NCBI GenBank assembly: GCA_964057225.1
Contig: OZ059899.1
Coordinates: forward strand, 11,594,001 to 11,658,000
Direction of reading: 5' to 3'
DNA: 64,000 nt
DNA from: Auanema rhodensis
Lineage: Eukaryota > Animalia > Nematoda
Positions within the stretch are counted from its first letter, which is position 1. Every line of letters begins with the position of its first letter. Positions 27,328 to 40,923 of this stretch are shown one piece after another. A program made the position numbers and the translations under genes. The notes below the pieces were generated by a model, which had not been told where the DNA came from, made no database searches, and was given only the letters and a program-made list of their open reading frames with translations.

Positions 27328-30300
27328 TCAATGGGCGCGATCAAAGCAGTTGTCTTTGTCTTCTTTTGCCATCAAACGAGAAGATGAACATCTCAAATTT
27401 TCATAGGATTATTGAAAACTTACTCCAACTACAAAGACTTACCTCCGCAAACTCAAGCTGGAGAATAGCGGAGTACATTTCAGCATATCTTTTAGTTGAA
27501 TAGATTCGTAATTTTCAATAGATTCTTGGAATTTCTCAATCCACAGTTCCTGAAGATAGAAGCGTGTTCATTTGAGAAAGTGTTCAGACATTCGAACCTT
27601 ATCATGCTTATCAGCCGCTTGTAAAGTATAAATTGCGACTACTTGATAATATCTTGTAAGATGAATAATAACAAAAGCAAATTTTAGAGAAACTGAAAGT
27701 TATTTTTTAATAATTTCAGAAACAAATTTTCTAAAATACTACTTAATGTTGTTGAATCATTGCTATCGGCATCGCAAAAGACACATGAATCAAGAGGAAC
27801 TGGCTGTCGTTGCACTATGTAATGCTCACTTTTACCGATTGGAATTCCTTTCTAAATACATTCCAATTAATGCCTTTCAATTACAAATTAGCTATATAGC
27901 AACTTTTGTATGTTAAAGGTCTGAAAAACTTACCACTTTCAATTTCGATGCACATTTCTTTGTTTTGGAAAGGACAAACATGTCATTGAATAAGAAAGCA
28001 TAAACATCAGTTGTCTTACCATTTTCTGAGAAATTGAATCGTTTTTGTTCGAAAAATAAGATAAAAAAGGATAAAATGATGCTTACCAACTAATTCTAAA
28101 GGACCTTCATGTATCAATTTACGTCTAGGATGTGCCAGTAAATTCTCGCAAAATTGACGTGAAAGGGCAACTTTCAAAAACTTAAAAAAACAATGTTGGT
28201 TAAGAAAATGAAAGAAGTTGTCTTTTTACATCCGGAATAAATGAACGAGGTTCAAGATCTGCTATTGATGGCCAAACAACTTGAGTTTGAAGTTGTTGTA
28301 ATCGTTCAAAGTTATGTAACCATTGGACACTATCATCAATAGATCCTATAAAGAGACAAATTGAAAAGTTTGTTAAATCTTTTGTAAAAACATACGTAAG
28401 CTTTCATTCATTGATTCTAAAACCTTTTCCACTTTAGCTTTAGCTGTTTCATTCTCAGTATAACGTAATATTTCTTTCAACAATATAGGTAAACGAGTAA
28501 TTCTTAATATTAAAAATCAAATTCGAAACTAATAGTTTAGAAAAACCTTTGTAATGGTGCAATAAGGAGATCTTCAAGCTGTAAACGGAAGCATCTTTCG
28601 TCTGCTAAGCAAATCTGGAGAATTAATCCATATTAACTCTGTTTATTCTCTGTTTTGAGCTTACTCGTTCAAATTCACTAAATCGCTCTTCTTTTTGACG
28701 AACTGAGCCTAAATACTCCATCGTGGCTTTATAATTGATGCAGTATGCTTGATAAGCTGATATAGTTGATGGGCCTTTGGAAAACTGAAACATGATGTCT
28801 TTAATACCAGAAATCATCCTCAAAATATTACTCTTTCAAACAATTGAACTACAAGATCTGTACCATCCCAATCATTTTCAGAATTAACTGATGGCAATAG
28901 TTCGAGAAATGATTGGCAGAATGAGCGTGATATTCTGCATAGCTGATCCAGATTACCTATAAAGGAATGACGATTGTTTATAAAGGTTTTCTGTTGTTTT
29001 TTATTTCAAGAAAATCTCACCAAACAGAAGATCTGGTTCAACAGCAAGTAGGCAACCTTCAACTTGGCATTTCTTCAGAGGTTCCTTATAAACATTCCTA
29101 TGATATTGAATTTGAATGATGAAAAATTTTCTGGAAATTACCTGAGTACAAGCAATTGTCTATGTAAGAATGTTAATTCTGAATGAAACAATTCCCAAAC
29201 TGATTGTAAATACTTTTGTTTTGGGGCAGATTGTTCTATAACACCTTCAAACATCTCATCCCATGTTACTGGCTGCAAACTTTTCGCATTTTTTTTGAAA
29301 TGAAAGGCTGTTAAATACCATAAGCTTTTCAAGTTCATCATCTTCCAATTCATGATCTTTACAACTTTCTAATGCCGCTTGAACATGCTTTATAATTTCT
29401 CGTCGTTTTGCTCTATTTGACCATTCATACTGAATATTTGATGATGAAAAACAGATACAGCAATGACGTTCTTACTAATCTTTTCAAAATCCAAGGTGAA
29501 CGAGTCTTTGACGTCTCGTTATTTTCAGCATAAAAGGCTTGTGCAGCAATAGTTGCTCGTTGGAGATCTGAGAATGATATGTAAAAGCCACATATACGAA
29601 AAGAAAAAACTAAATATTTCAAGAAATTACCTGCTAGCATTCCACCACCAGAACTAATTGCTCGATTAAATAGATGAGATTCATTAGGAGAAATTTGAAC
29701 ATGAGGTACAATAATTACATTATCAGTTGAACAACAATCAGATGATCTGAAAGTATATACTTTTTATTTTTATAATTTATAATTAAAGTTTATTAAATCA
29801 AACACAAATTTACACAAAACAACATTAATTAACTTACGATTGATGTTGTTGAGTTGGCTGAAATATAATTAATAGAAACATAATTATTTCTAATATTTAT
29901 ATAAAATTTATTATTATTTTCCAAAAAAACTGTTTTCGAATAAAAGTTTTTAATTTAAGAAAATGTAGAAAAACATTTTAATGAATGAAGAAAATGTCTT
30001 ACCTGTTCTGGAACTATTGCATGTCTTCTTGACAATTGTTCCTTGTTTGGATGAATAGTTTGAGCTTCACCATCTTCTGGCTGAAACATACATTAACATT
30101 AAAAAGAAATTAAATTAAAAAGAATGTAATAATCTCTTGATTTTCTATAGCATTATTGATTTTGTTGATAGAGTGAAGTCACCTCATGAATTGTCGCACA
30201 AAATACTGGCTCTAACACTGTTACATCAAGCATATTCTCATAGATATCAAGATTTGATCGTATGAATTGAATTTGGATTGAGCGACTGCAACTTCTTAAA

Positions 30301-30507
30301 CCGTTTGATTTAAGGATAGAAATACATAAATATCATATAAATTAATAATAATAATATGAGTATATAAATAGGAAAGAGAATATATAGCTCATTGTATTCA
30401 AAAAATAGTAAAACGTATTCGAAAGAGCTACACACAAATACAATGATGAGCATTGAACCTTTATAATGTTACTCATCAGAGTTTGATGGCCGGACAAGAG
30501 TGAACAT
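27328..30507 (-). CDS. Dbl-family RhoGEF (DH-PH), PLEKHG7/PLEKHG5-like
   Basis: DH motifs QKYLQSVWELFHSELTFLHRQLLVLR, YQAYCINY and LQLEDLLIAPLQRITRLPILLKEIL; PH motifs RKLIHEGPL and VYAFLFNDMFVL. Start inferred at MFTLVRPSNSDE (30507), in phase with downstream exons. Both ends are less certain than the core. Confidence 0.88.
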
Positions 30508-32154
30508 TGGAGTTCGAATCTCAAACTAAGCTCAACATTAAAGTTCAACATAACATGAATTTTAAATATAATATAAGCAGTTTAAACAGAACAATAACAT
30601 GTTCTAAGATCTTGATGTTCAAATTGGAATAAACAAGAACTTTAAAGGATTTCTCTCAAATATTTTGTCAGCTCAAGAGGGTTTGTTGATTGATACCAGG
30701 ATGTTGGATCACAAATATATTTTGGAGATTTCTTTCTTGCAGAGAGAAGAAGAAAAAGCAGAAGCTGAGTGGAAGCTCAAAGATATAGAATGAATTATGA
30801 TTTTGAATTAGGTTTTGAGCGTGATTATAGTGATATACATTGTAAATTTTTGCTAATAATGGCTATTATTCTTGAAGAGAAACAATTTATAAATGAATTT
30901 AAAGTTGAAAAATGGAATATAAAAGAACATTGAACATGAATAGTTCAATAATAAGGTATTTCAAGAGTTTTTTTCATTCATTTCATTGTTAAAAGATATT
31001 TATATAAACTATATATAATATAAAACCAAAAATGAAAAACTAAATTGTGGCTTATGAATGAGAGAATGATTAACAGAGTGAGCCATGTGGGGTAATAGAG
31101 AAATGTTCATAGATGCATATACTTCCATACATACATAGTATGTAGTATATATTAATAAAGAAAAGATGAGTTAAAAGAAAAATGAAATTGTATCTGAGTA
31201 CATAAGAAGAGGAAGAAGGAAATGTAGAACGGGGAGGGAATGAAGATAACGTATAGAGGAAAAGAAACAAAGGGGGAAGTTTAAAAGATATAGTAGTTTT
31301 ACTTCTTCTTCTATCCTTAGTGAGAAATGATATTAGGTCTGAACTCTTTTACTATGTACTACAACATGGCAACATGATGCCAATTAAGCTTGTAATGCTG
31401 AGAAAGTATAGAATTATTTAGTAAGCACTTTTCCTGTTTCCTTGTTACATATTTAATACTTCAACTCCTTTTTCTCTTAAAACCTACTGAGTGTTAAAAC
31501 AATATAAGAATACGAATATAAGGTGAAATAGAAAATGTATGTATGTATATATATATAGGTTCAATATTGTTTTTTTTTCAAAATTCAACTTTTCAAAAAT
31601 TGAAAATAAACAAAAATTTGTTATTTTGGTAAACAGAGAAAGGATGGTATGAGTCTTAATTCTTTTTTTTTTCAATTTTATATCCGAATTGATCGTGAAC
31701 CTTTTCTCTTAATTTCTCCTTAGAAATGCGATATAATTCAATCATAGTGAATGAAAATGTGTGAATATATGTGTTCATCGACAAATTTGAAATGAAAATG
31801 TTGGAATTAAACTTGAGCTTTGACAGATAAATATAAATTTGTAGTAGAATCGAAAAGAAGCATTGAAAAATGTAATTAGCAAAGTTTCTTTAATCAAAAC
31901 AACATTTTAAGTATTTCATTAAAATAACAGTGAAATTGAACTTTTAATCATTTGTAACTCAAATGAATTAATTATTTAATTTATAAGAGATTATATAATT
32001 AGATAAACATAGAAGAGCAAAGAGTTTCAGTCACATAAATCAATATACTCCGATAGTCATAAACAGATCAACTTGAAGTAAAAAAGTTTGAAATGGTCAT
32101 GAACAAAAGAAAATTAATAAAAACGGTTCTAATGTCTGAGCCAATGGGTGGGAG

Positions 32155-32278
32155 TGAGAGAAAGAGAGAGAAAAAAAGAGAGAGAAAAGAAAGAGAGAGA
32201 AGAGCAGAGAGAAAGAGATGGAGAGAGAATGGCATAGAGAAAAAACTGGAGATGAAGAAAGAGAGAGAGTGAGAGAGA

Positions 32279-32320
<42 letters not shown>
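32155..32320. repeat. Degenerate (GA)n polypurine tract
   Basis: GA/GAA-rich run; the source of the spurious SLSLSL ORF. Confidence 0.9.
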
Positions 32321-32322
<2 letters not shown>

Positions 32323-34267
32323 GTTTAACTCAAATTGAGAGTTTGGGACAAGTTGGCACATACATCTATCTCTACATAGATCCATCCACCTCAGAACAAA
32401 AAAAAGAAAGAAAAAAAGAAAGAAAGAAAGAAAAAAAGAAAAACACATATTTTAAATAAAAAACATTATCGTCACCAACATGAAATAATAAAAAATATTC
32501 TTGCTAATACTTGAATTTATCCTATGTTTTGAAAGAATGAATATAAACACATACACATATATGTGGTATGTATGTATTTATATATGTAGTATGTATAACA
32601 GAAAAGATATAAAAATTAATAATTCTGTTGACAACGACGATAAAAACTTGAGTTGTTCAGTATAAGAAGCATTAAAGTTAATGGTGTAACGTGAAAAATG
32701 AGAAGAACAACAGTGGAAAAAAGAACTTTTTGCCTTTAATTCAAAATGAAATATATAATTTTCTAAATGTAACTTTCTTATAATGCGTACAAATACTTGT
32801 CAATATCGGCTATACAAATGTCTGTTACAGACATTGTCTAAAGTATTTCTACATATTTTCATATATATACAACATATTTGACAAATAAATAGCTGTAATA
32901 CGTGTTTCAGATAACTATTTCTAAATTAGAAAAGAATACCACTACTGCAAAATAATTAATTTAATAATTTCATTTCGCAGGTACTTTACGTCAATATTTC
33001 ACAGAACGTGCATCAAGGTTGAAACATGAACGTTGATCATCGAAAAGCTGGTGGTGGTGTGGGACACTTTATATTTTGAAGATATTATACAATCTGAGAA
33101 TTAATCGAATCATTAAGCAAAGAGGAGATGTTTTATGCAATTTGAAATATTTTTCTTCAAACGATCTTTCAACATCAACTCCTTATCCTAATTATATAAG
33201 AAATCTTTAAGTGTTTTTGATGAATGATTATGTCTAACGATATTAAGAATGAAAATCAAGATTCATATGAATTTATTCAGTCAAATTCATTTTGAATGAA
33301 TAATTCTTGTCGTCCTTACAAGCACCAACAGTTGAGAATAAAGTCAAATATCCATACATCACTTTCATAAGATTGAAAGATTATAGTATGAAAAGAGTCA
33401 TATTGTAGTATAGAACTTTCGATCTCTGGATCTTCCACTCATTTTCTATTATTTTCACTCTTTGTCACCGTTTCTCTCTTATTCTCTCTATCTACTTCAA
33501 CCACTCTCATTTCCATGATCTTATGCCTTCCTTCTCAACTTAGAGAACAAGAGTTTGAAAATACAATTTTCAAATGTTATATATGTGTTATTTGAATTCA
33601 AACCCGTAGATTAGGGAGAACATTAAAATTATAATTATATATAATCAAATAACTTAGCAAAAATATAAAAAATCTTATTGTAATATGAACAAGCAAGTGC
33701 AGCTAATTTTAAACTGATTAGAGTTCAATTTTTAATTTATTTAGATGAAAAAAAAGAAAAATTGTTAACGCATTTTCATTTTTAACGGACACGCTTTCAA
33801 CCATATGATGAGAGTATAGTGCAAAGCTTAAGAAAAAGTTTTAATATAGTTTTATTTTTTGAAAATGAATAAATACATTTTTAAAATAAACTATAAAGTA
33901 AGAAAAACGCTGAAACTATATGATTGGAAGAAGAACAAAAATGAGAGAGATATGGAAGAGAGAGAGGGTGGATATGTGGGGAAAATAAACGTTTTTGAAA
34001 TAATAATTATAATTTGACATGTCCAGAAATAGAAAAAAAAAACAAAAAAAGGCTAAAGAAGGAAATAAAGTAAGAACAGAACATATCGGGAATGTTTTAA
34101 AACATTTTTTGGGTCCTAAAAACGATGTATTTTAAATTTACTGAGAACAATACGTTATTCATCGTTTACTGAATGAATATGAAGAAACATTGTACTGGAG
34201 ACTCAATCAGCTTTCGGATATGGAAGCTTCAAGATAGATACTATGATATCCATATATCTTTATATAT

Positions 34268-34330
34268 AAGAAGAAGAAGAAGAAGAAGAAGGAGAAGAAG
34301 GAGAAGAAGGAGAAGAAGGAGAAGAAGAAG
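34268..34330. repeat. (AGA)n/(GGAGAAGAA)n polypurine repeat
   Basis: Pure purine triplet/nonamer array; the source of the spurious poly-Arg ORF. Confidence 0.9.
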
Positions 34331-35824
34331 TAAAAAGAGTGTTCACGAAGAAGAATAAAAGCTTAGCAGAAAACATATTAGTACTCAAAAATAATTATTT
34401 ATAAAAAGAAAATGAAGAAATAGAAATATCTGTTTTTTGGTTTGTTTTGTTTGAATCTCGTGTGATTATTTGATAAATATCTGATGCATCATTGATGCTG
34501 TGTATATGTGTGTGTAACAATTATTCATTTTCATGATGAAATTAGTCGCATAAGTGAAGAAATATGAATTACGAACAGTTTTTCTTATTATTTATTCATA
34601 AAATAAGAATATCTATATCTATATATGTATATATAACTTAATTATCAATTAAGATATTCTTAAACAAAAACAAAAATCAACATATTTCTGCAATATGTGT
34701 ATATCTTAGGTCTGGAAATATGCATTCTCTTAATTGTCATCCTCTCTCTCTCTCTCTTATTTTAACCCGTCACACACTCTCTCTCTCTCTCTCTAATTTT
34801 CAATTAACTTACTAAGGTAAATCAAGTAAATTAAACTGTGCGAACTATCCACGTTTAAAACATTTTATAATTTACAGACTTTAGATGTTCTTTTTTTTGA
34901 AAAAAATTTAAAAAATAGAAATAAATGAGGTATATTAAAAAAATAAATTTAAAAAAAAGGTTTATAATTACATTTGTGATCACTTGTCTTCTAATATAAG
35001 AATGCATGTACATTTTCACTCATATATGCATATATGTAAGTAAGACAGCAGTTGATAGATGTTGAATAGCAGATTTCTTACTAAATCACAAGGAAAAAAA
35101 GTGAAAATATTCATATACGAAGAATAACTCATATTACAAATCAACAACATCTTCTCTTATATAATCATATTTCAAATCTTAAAGATTATCAAACATTTTC
35201 AATTTAGGTTAATATCAACTTCATACTTCCCTTATTTGAAGCATGATGTAAAAATAACAACAACAAAAAAAAGTTTTTTCTTGTAAAATACACATGAATA
35301 TTCAATTTCTAGTTTATACATAAATTTCAATTAAGTTTAATCAATAATATATGTAAATTAGAATATTTTAAAGAAATTTATAATAACGACTTACTGGTTT
35401 TATTAATTGATTCCCACGTAAATGATGAAAAAGAGTTAACGATGGAGAATCAGTCATCATATGACTAAGATGTATTAGTTCTTATTATTAAGAAAAGAAA
35501 GCTGAAATATATATTTGTATTAATAATAATTAGAATAATAGAAAGAATAAAAGATATTGTAAATAGAATAATGTATACATATGCGGTACAGAAGTATTGA
35601 TTGAGCTATATCTCAATCTCAAAGTAATATAAGAGCAAGAAATTGTCAGTTTTCAATATGTAATAAGAAGAATACAACGAAACAGTTAAATATATATGTG
35701 ATCTATTGCATTTGAGTCAATTTGAAGACATAAATTCATAACTATGCAGATGGAAACCGATATTATTGTTTATTGTATGTAGGTATCAGGAGATATGGAG
35801 ATGCAAAAGAAGGAAAAGGTTCTA

Positions 35825-35883
35825 AAGAAGAGAGAGAGAGAGAGAGAGTGACAGAAAAAAAGAAAGAGAGAAAGAAAGAAAAT

Positions 35884-35947
<64 letters not shown>

Positions 35948-35957
35948 CAGAGAGAGA
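35825..35957. repeat. (GA)n microsatellite cluster
   Basis: Several perfect GA runs. Confidence 0.9.
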
Positions 35958-37627
35958 ATTATCAAACTAAAATAATAAAAAAATAAAAAGAAAGTTATGA
36001 TAAATACAGACATATGCAAACAGAATAATAATAAAAATAATTATTATTGAATATATCATATATTTAAAGTAAAAATACATAAAAGAGAGATCGAAATGTT
36101 GGGAAGATTTGGTTAGACTTTTATGTATCATGGATAGATGCAAGTCAGCTAATAAGCAGACGGCAATATCTAATTTCAAGAAAGGCGAGAAGCTTTCATC
36201 AACCTCATGAAAAGAGATGAATGAGAAGATTTCTTAGGCTGTCAAGTTGAAAATCTTTTTTTTGTCCACATTTCTTGCTATATGCCTAGTTATTAAATAT
36301 TTTTCGATGTTCAAATGTATGATTCAACAATCTCGACGAATGCATAATGATTTGTATTTTTACGACAAAAAAATCAAATAAATCAAATAAAAAAGAGAAA
36401 AAAAAAGAAATTTTTTACAAAATATAATATAAGTAATACCGTATCATTAATGTTGTCAACAATGCAAACATTTATAGAAACGAATACATATGAGAATTGA
36501 GAGAAAGGAGGATGAAATGAAAACAATGAATTATAATTACAGCATATATATATATATATATAAACTATAAAATATAAAAAAAAAAATATATATATATAGT
36601 TATATATATAGTTATATGTATATTTTTTTATTTATTTATATATTCGTGGTATATATATTTATATTTTTTATATTTTTATAATACAATATCGAAATTTTAA
36701 TAAGATACATATAGATGCATGTATGTATGTAGTACAGCCAGTTATCACGATAAACATAGCTAAATTACTAAATAAATTAGAATATTTACACGTATACGTG
36801 AAAAAAAACTCGTAGATATTACCTTGAATATGACTTGATTATTTGAAAAATTTAATAACATGACAAACATTTCTTTTTCTGGAAAAATGGGAAAACCCAA
36901 GCAGAACAAGAATAGTAGTGGAAATGCAAAGAATAAAGAAAGAATGAGAGTGAGTGAGAAGTATAAAATTAATTTTAAAAAGAAAAGATTTCTACATTTT
37001 CAAGTATTCAGGATTCTGTAGGTTCTTCTCAATATTTTGTTTGTCTGCCTTTTCGAAAATTTCTAAAATTTAATAAACAGTGTGAGATTTGGTTAGAGCG
37101 ATGTCCAAAAGTCTCAAGTTGACATGTGTACATAAGAGTACTTGTGAGAAAAAAGTAAAACAAACCATTTATTAAGTTGGCATATGACAACAAGAGCAAT
37201 GTTGAAGCCGATTTAGATATTAAAAACAAAAAGATTCGAGCTCATATGTTCTGGTGGTGTAATTGAAATAAGTATATATATATATATATATATAATATTA
37301 TTTATATATATTATACAAAGAATGCTAGAATCCTGGAATGTGACATTCTGATGAAATAAAAATAATTTCGAAACTTCAACCTTCAGACAGAAGTTGGAAA
37401 GAAACAATGTGAATAATATTGGTCAATGAAGTATTTGAAATTTACTTTTTTTGCAAATGATACCAATTAGATGGATAGTGAATTACCTTCGTCGATCTCA
37501 CTATTCACTAACTAAACTAATATATGAACAACATTAGAAATATTAATAGAAATATAAGTTTTATAAATTTTTATATTTTTATTAAACAAAGAAAGAGAGT
37601 AAAGAAGGATAAGAAATATAAAAATTG

Positions 37628-37650
37628 AAAGAGAAAGAGAGAGAGAAAAA

Positions 37651-37681
<31 letters not shown>

Positions 37682-37729
37682 TTAGAGAGAGAGAGAGTTA
37701 GAGCAGGGAAGATAGAGAGAGAGAGAGAA
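37628..37729. repeat. (GA)n microsatellite cluster
   Basis: GA runs interrupted by GTTA. Confidence 0.9.
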
Positions 37730-40700
37730 GAATTGTTATATAATTGGATGCATTTATAACAGGATAAGCTTAAGCAAATATCTTTTTAAGTTTCAGAATT
37801 GTTTTAGACGTAGATAGTTTTCAATTAATATGTCACCGCACTAAAGAAAGAAAGTTGAATGAATGTAAGTATGGATGTAAGGATGTCCTTCCAAGAGGAT
37901 ATGCAGACGGCAGTCTTGTTGGAATTGACGAGAATAATAAATAATTCTATGTATATGTCCAGAAACGCAGAAAGCATAATTATAAAGTGTAAGAGTAGAG
38001 AAATAGAGAGAAAACGAAAGCGTATGAAGTCCAAGGGAAAAAAAGATAAGAAAAAAAATTGGGGAAAAGAGATAGAGAGATGGGGTGGGGGGAGAAGGGC
38101 AAAAGAAGTTAAGCTTAAAGAATTGAAATACCATTAATTTGCAGTAGTTAGAAAGATGAATTTTATGAAAAGTTCTTGAAGTTTAAAGTGCATTAAAACA
38201 TTTTTCTTTAAATAATTATTTTCTCATGGAAATAGGAATAAAATTCAACTGACATTGGTTTAAGCTACTAGCATGTTGAAAATCTACGCCTGAATGAGTC
38301 TGAAAAAGAGAAAGGACACTGACGAAAGAAGATATAGCTCTCAAGATCATCTGACGATGATTCTGCTGTATTTCTAGTCAAGAACAACTCCTCTAGTAGA
38401 CTTCGAAGAGGGAAAACGACAAGGATCTTACAAAAAGGGGTTTCAATAGGTTAAAATAGAAAAAACAAACAGCTTCATGAATGAATCAGAGTATAAAATG
38501 AATTCCATGCATAGTGCTGTAGAGAGATTCGGAAAAAAACAGAGACTTTCTTGATGAACTAATGAACTGGTTACATGCTTTAAGTTCATCATGACTATTA
38601 AATCGAGAAAGCTTAGCTATTCTTTAACATTGATTGTTTTCTAGTGTTGATAGTTGTGTTGGAAATATACTCCCCCCCCCCTTTCCGAGTAATGTTTCAT
38701 TTCCATTTTATGAGGTCTATATGCATAGTTATTCATATTTTCATTGGAAGTAGTATTGGATTTGATAATATACAAAAACTAAAAAAAGTCGTGAATAAGT
38801 AAGTTAGAAACAAAGATAGTATGTGAATATTTGGAAATCAATAAGAGTAAATGAGCTTAATTATCCAAGAACAGCTCTTGTTATTTGACAATTTGTGACA
38901 TGTAAGCATAGAGATGAGACGAGACGCTATATTTGATGTCAGCCGTAACATTCAAAGGAGTACTCTGAAGCAGACTAAATTATTATTTTTATTTCTGAGA
39001 TTCTTAAATAAAGAATTTAGAAACAGCTTTGTTCCCTCTGCTAATCAGTTTTTTATACAAACGATAGTCTTGATGAGAACTTTCTTTGGAAAAAGAATTC
39101 CACTTGTTCAACGACATTTCAGGAACAATATAATGAAGTTCTATATGCAGTAAAGCAGATAATGAAATCCAAAAATAGTTAGGAAGAATTTGAAATTCTT
39201 AAAATTTGAAGTTGGAAATCCAATTCCTTTCGATCGGGTGTGGTTACTGAAATCTGATATGAATTTCGTTTTATCTTATTGAAAGATTGAGAGGCAATTA
39301 AATATCTTTATCAGATTAAATGTGACTGAAATAAACTTGTCGTACTACTAAAAATTTTAAAAACTTAAAAAATTACAATAAATCAATAATAATTATATGA
39401 ATGTTGCTGAATTTCACTCCTCTATTTGAGCTATAACATAAGCATCAAATAGAAAAATCGTGAGAGTAAAGATCTACGGAGAAAGACTTGATGGGAACAC
39501 TTTTAATTAATTTCGTTTGGAAAACAAAAGACATCCAGGGAGACACGTTGCTGTTCGCCAAAAGATGGATTGTGCTATATTGGGAATAAATGAGTTTATA
39601 GCTGTCCTATACATAGTCATCGCTGTAGTTTTCATGTAGAAGAAACATCAAATTATATTTCTCATCATCATTTTCATTGAGTTCTAATTTTTTGAAAAAA
39701 GAAAAACGAAGATGGAAGTGGAAAAACAAACATTAGCTGATGGCTTAAATGGTTTTAAAGAAAGTTATGAATGTTGAAACATCATATATAGCTTTCTGTT
39801 TACGGACTGAAAATCATTAATTCGTAGATTTTTATTATTGGATTCTCTTCCGACATATTCATCTTATTAATTTAGAATATCCTGACTAGAAATCTGATGA
39901 TCAAACATAAAAATATGATGGAAGAAGCAAAACTGGCAGAGTAAAATACCACTTAAATGGAAAAAATCTTATAAAATGGATTAAAAATGTAGAAAAGACT
40001 GACAATTTTGTTTAATTTTCAACGATTCATGAAATGTGAACAACTCCAAAGTATATATATCTATATATATATATACATCCATGTAGTAGAGGAAGCGAAA
40101 AGAGATCAATTACTGCTATTTTTGCAAAACTCACACATATCTTAGAACATTCACATAGTTCTTCATAAAAATCATGGACTGGCCTTTAATGTGAAATAGT
40201 CCAAACTCGCAAATGGTAAACGGAAACTCAACTTTTCAAAAAATTCAAGGATAAATTGGGAGAAATAATACTTTGTCCACAATTCATGTAGTATTTTAGA
40301 AACGATGAACTAAGCCAATCAATTTAATGAAGTATTCTTTATGTAAACTTCATAGCTACCAATTACTTGTTCGAGTTTCACAAGCTATTACTAGTCAAAG
40401 TTTCAGATGGAAGGGCAGAGCTGCGAACTAATCACGTTATTTTATGAATGTAGGCTATAAAAAAGGAAATGCAAATGTGTTTTAAAGACAGCATCATCAC
40501 TTACATTATCTCTGTTTATTCGTCTATATCTTTATTCAAATGTATCAATTCATTGTTTTATATGTGTTGAGAAAAACCGGAAGATCTTATAGCTCATTCA
40601 TTTCAATATGCTACAGTTACTGTACACTTACTACGCACATTGTCTTTTAAAGGAAAACTACCGGTTAAGATAAAGCAGATGGGTTAGCTAAATTACAAGG

Positions 40701-40923
40701 CAAGGATTAGTAATTCAGCAGACAAAAAGACATGCAATCAAAATGTATCTAAAACAATCCGAAGAATATAAAAAGTATTATAACAAGAGGACCTTATAAA
40801 TGATACACTGATCCCGGAAAATGACTCATTAAATGTAATTTAAAATTGAGAAATGATTAGTATTTCAAAAGAGGGGTTAATTACATAATATTAGAAGATG
40901 ATCGAGTTATAAATAAAAACGAT

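Noticed and set aside
32068-36019. ORFs with SLSLSL, ERERER or poly-Arg runs
   Set aside because: These are translations of GA/AGA microsatellites.
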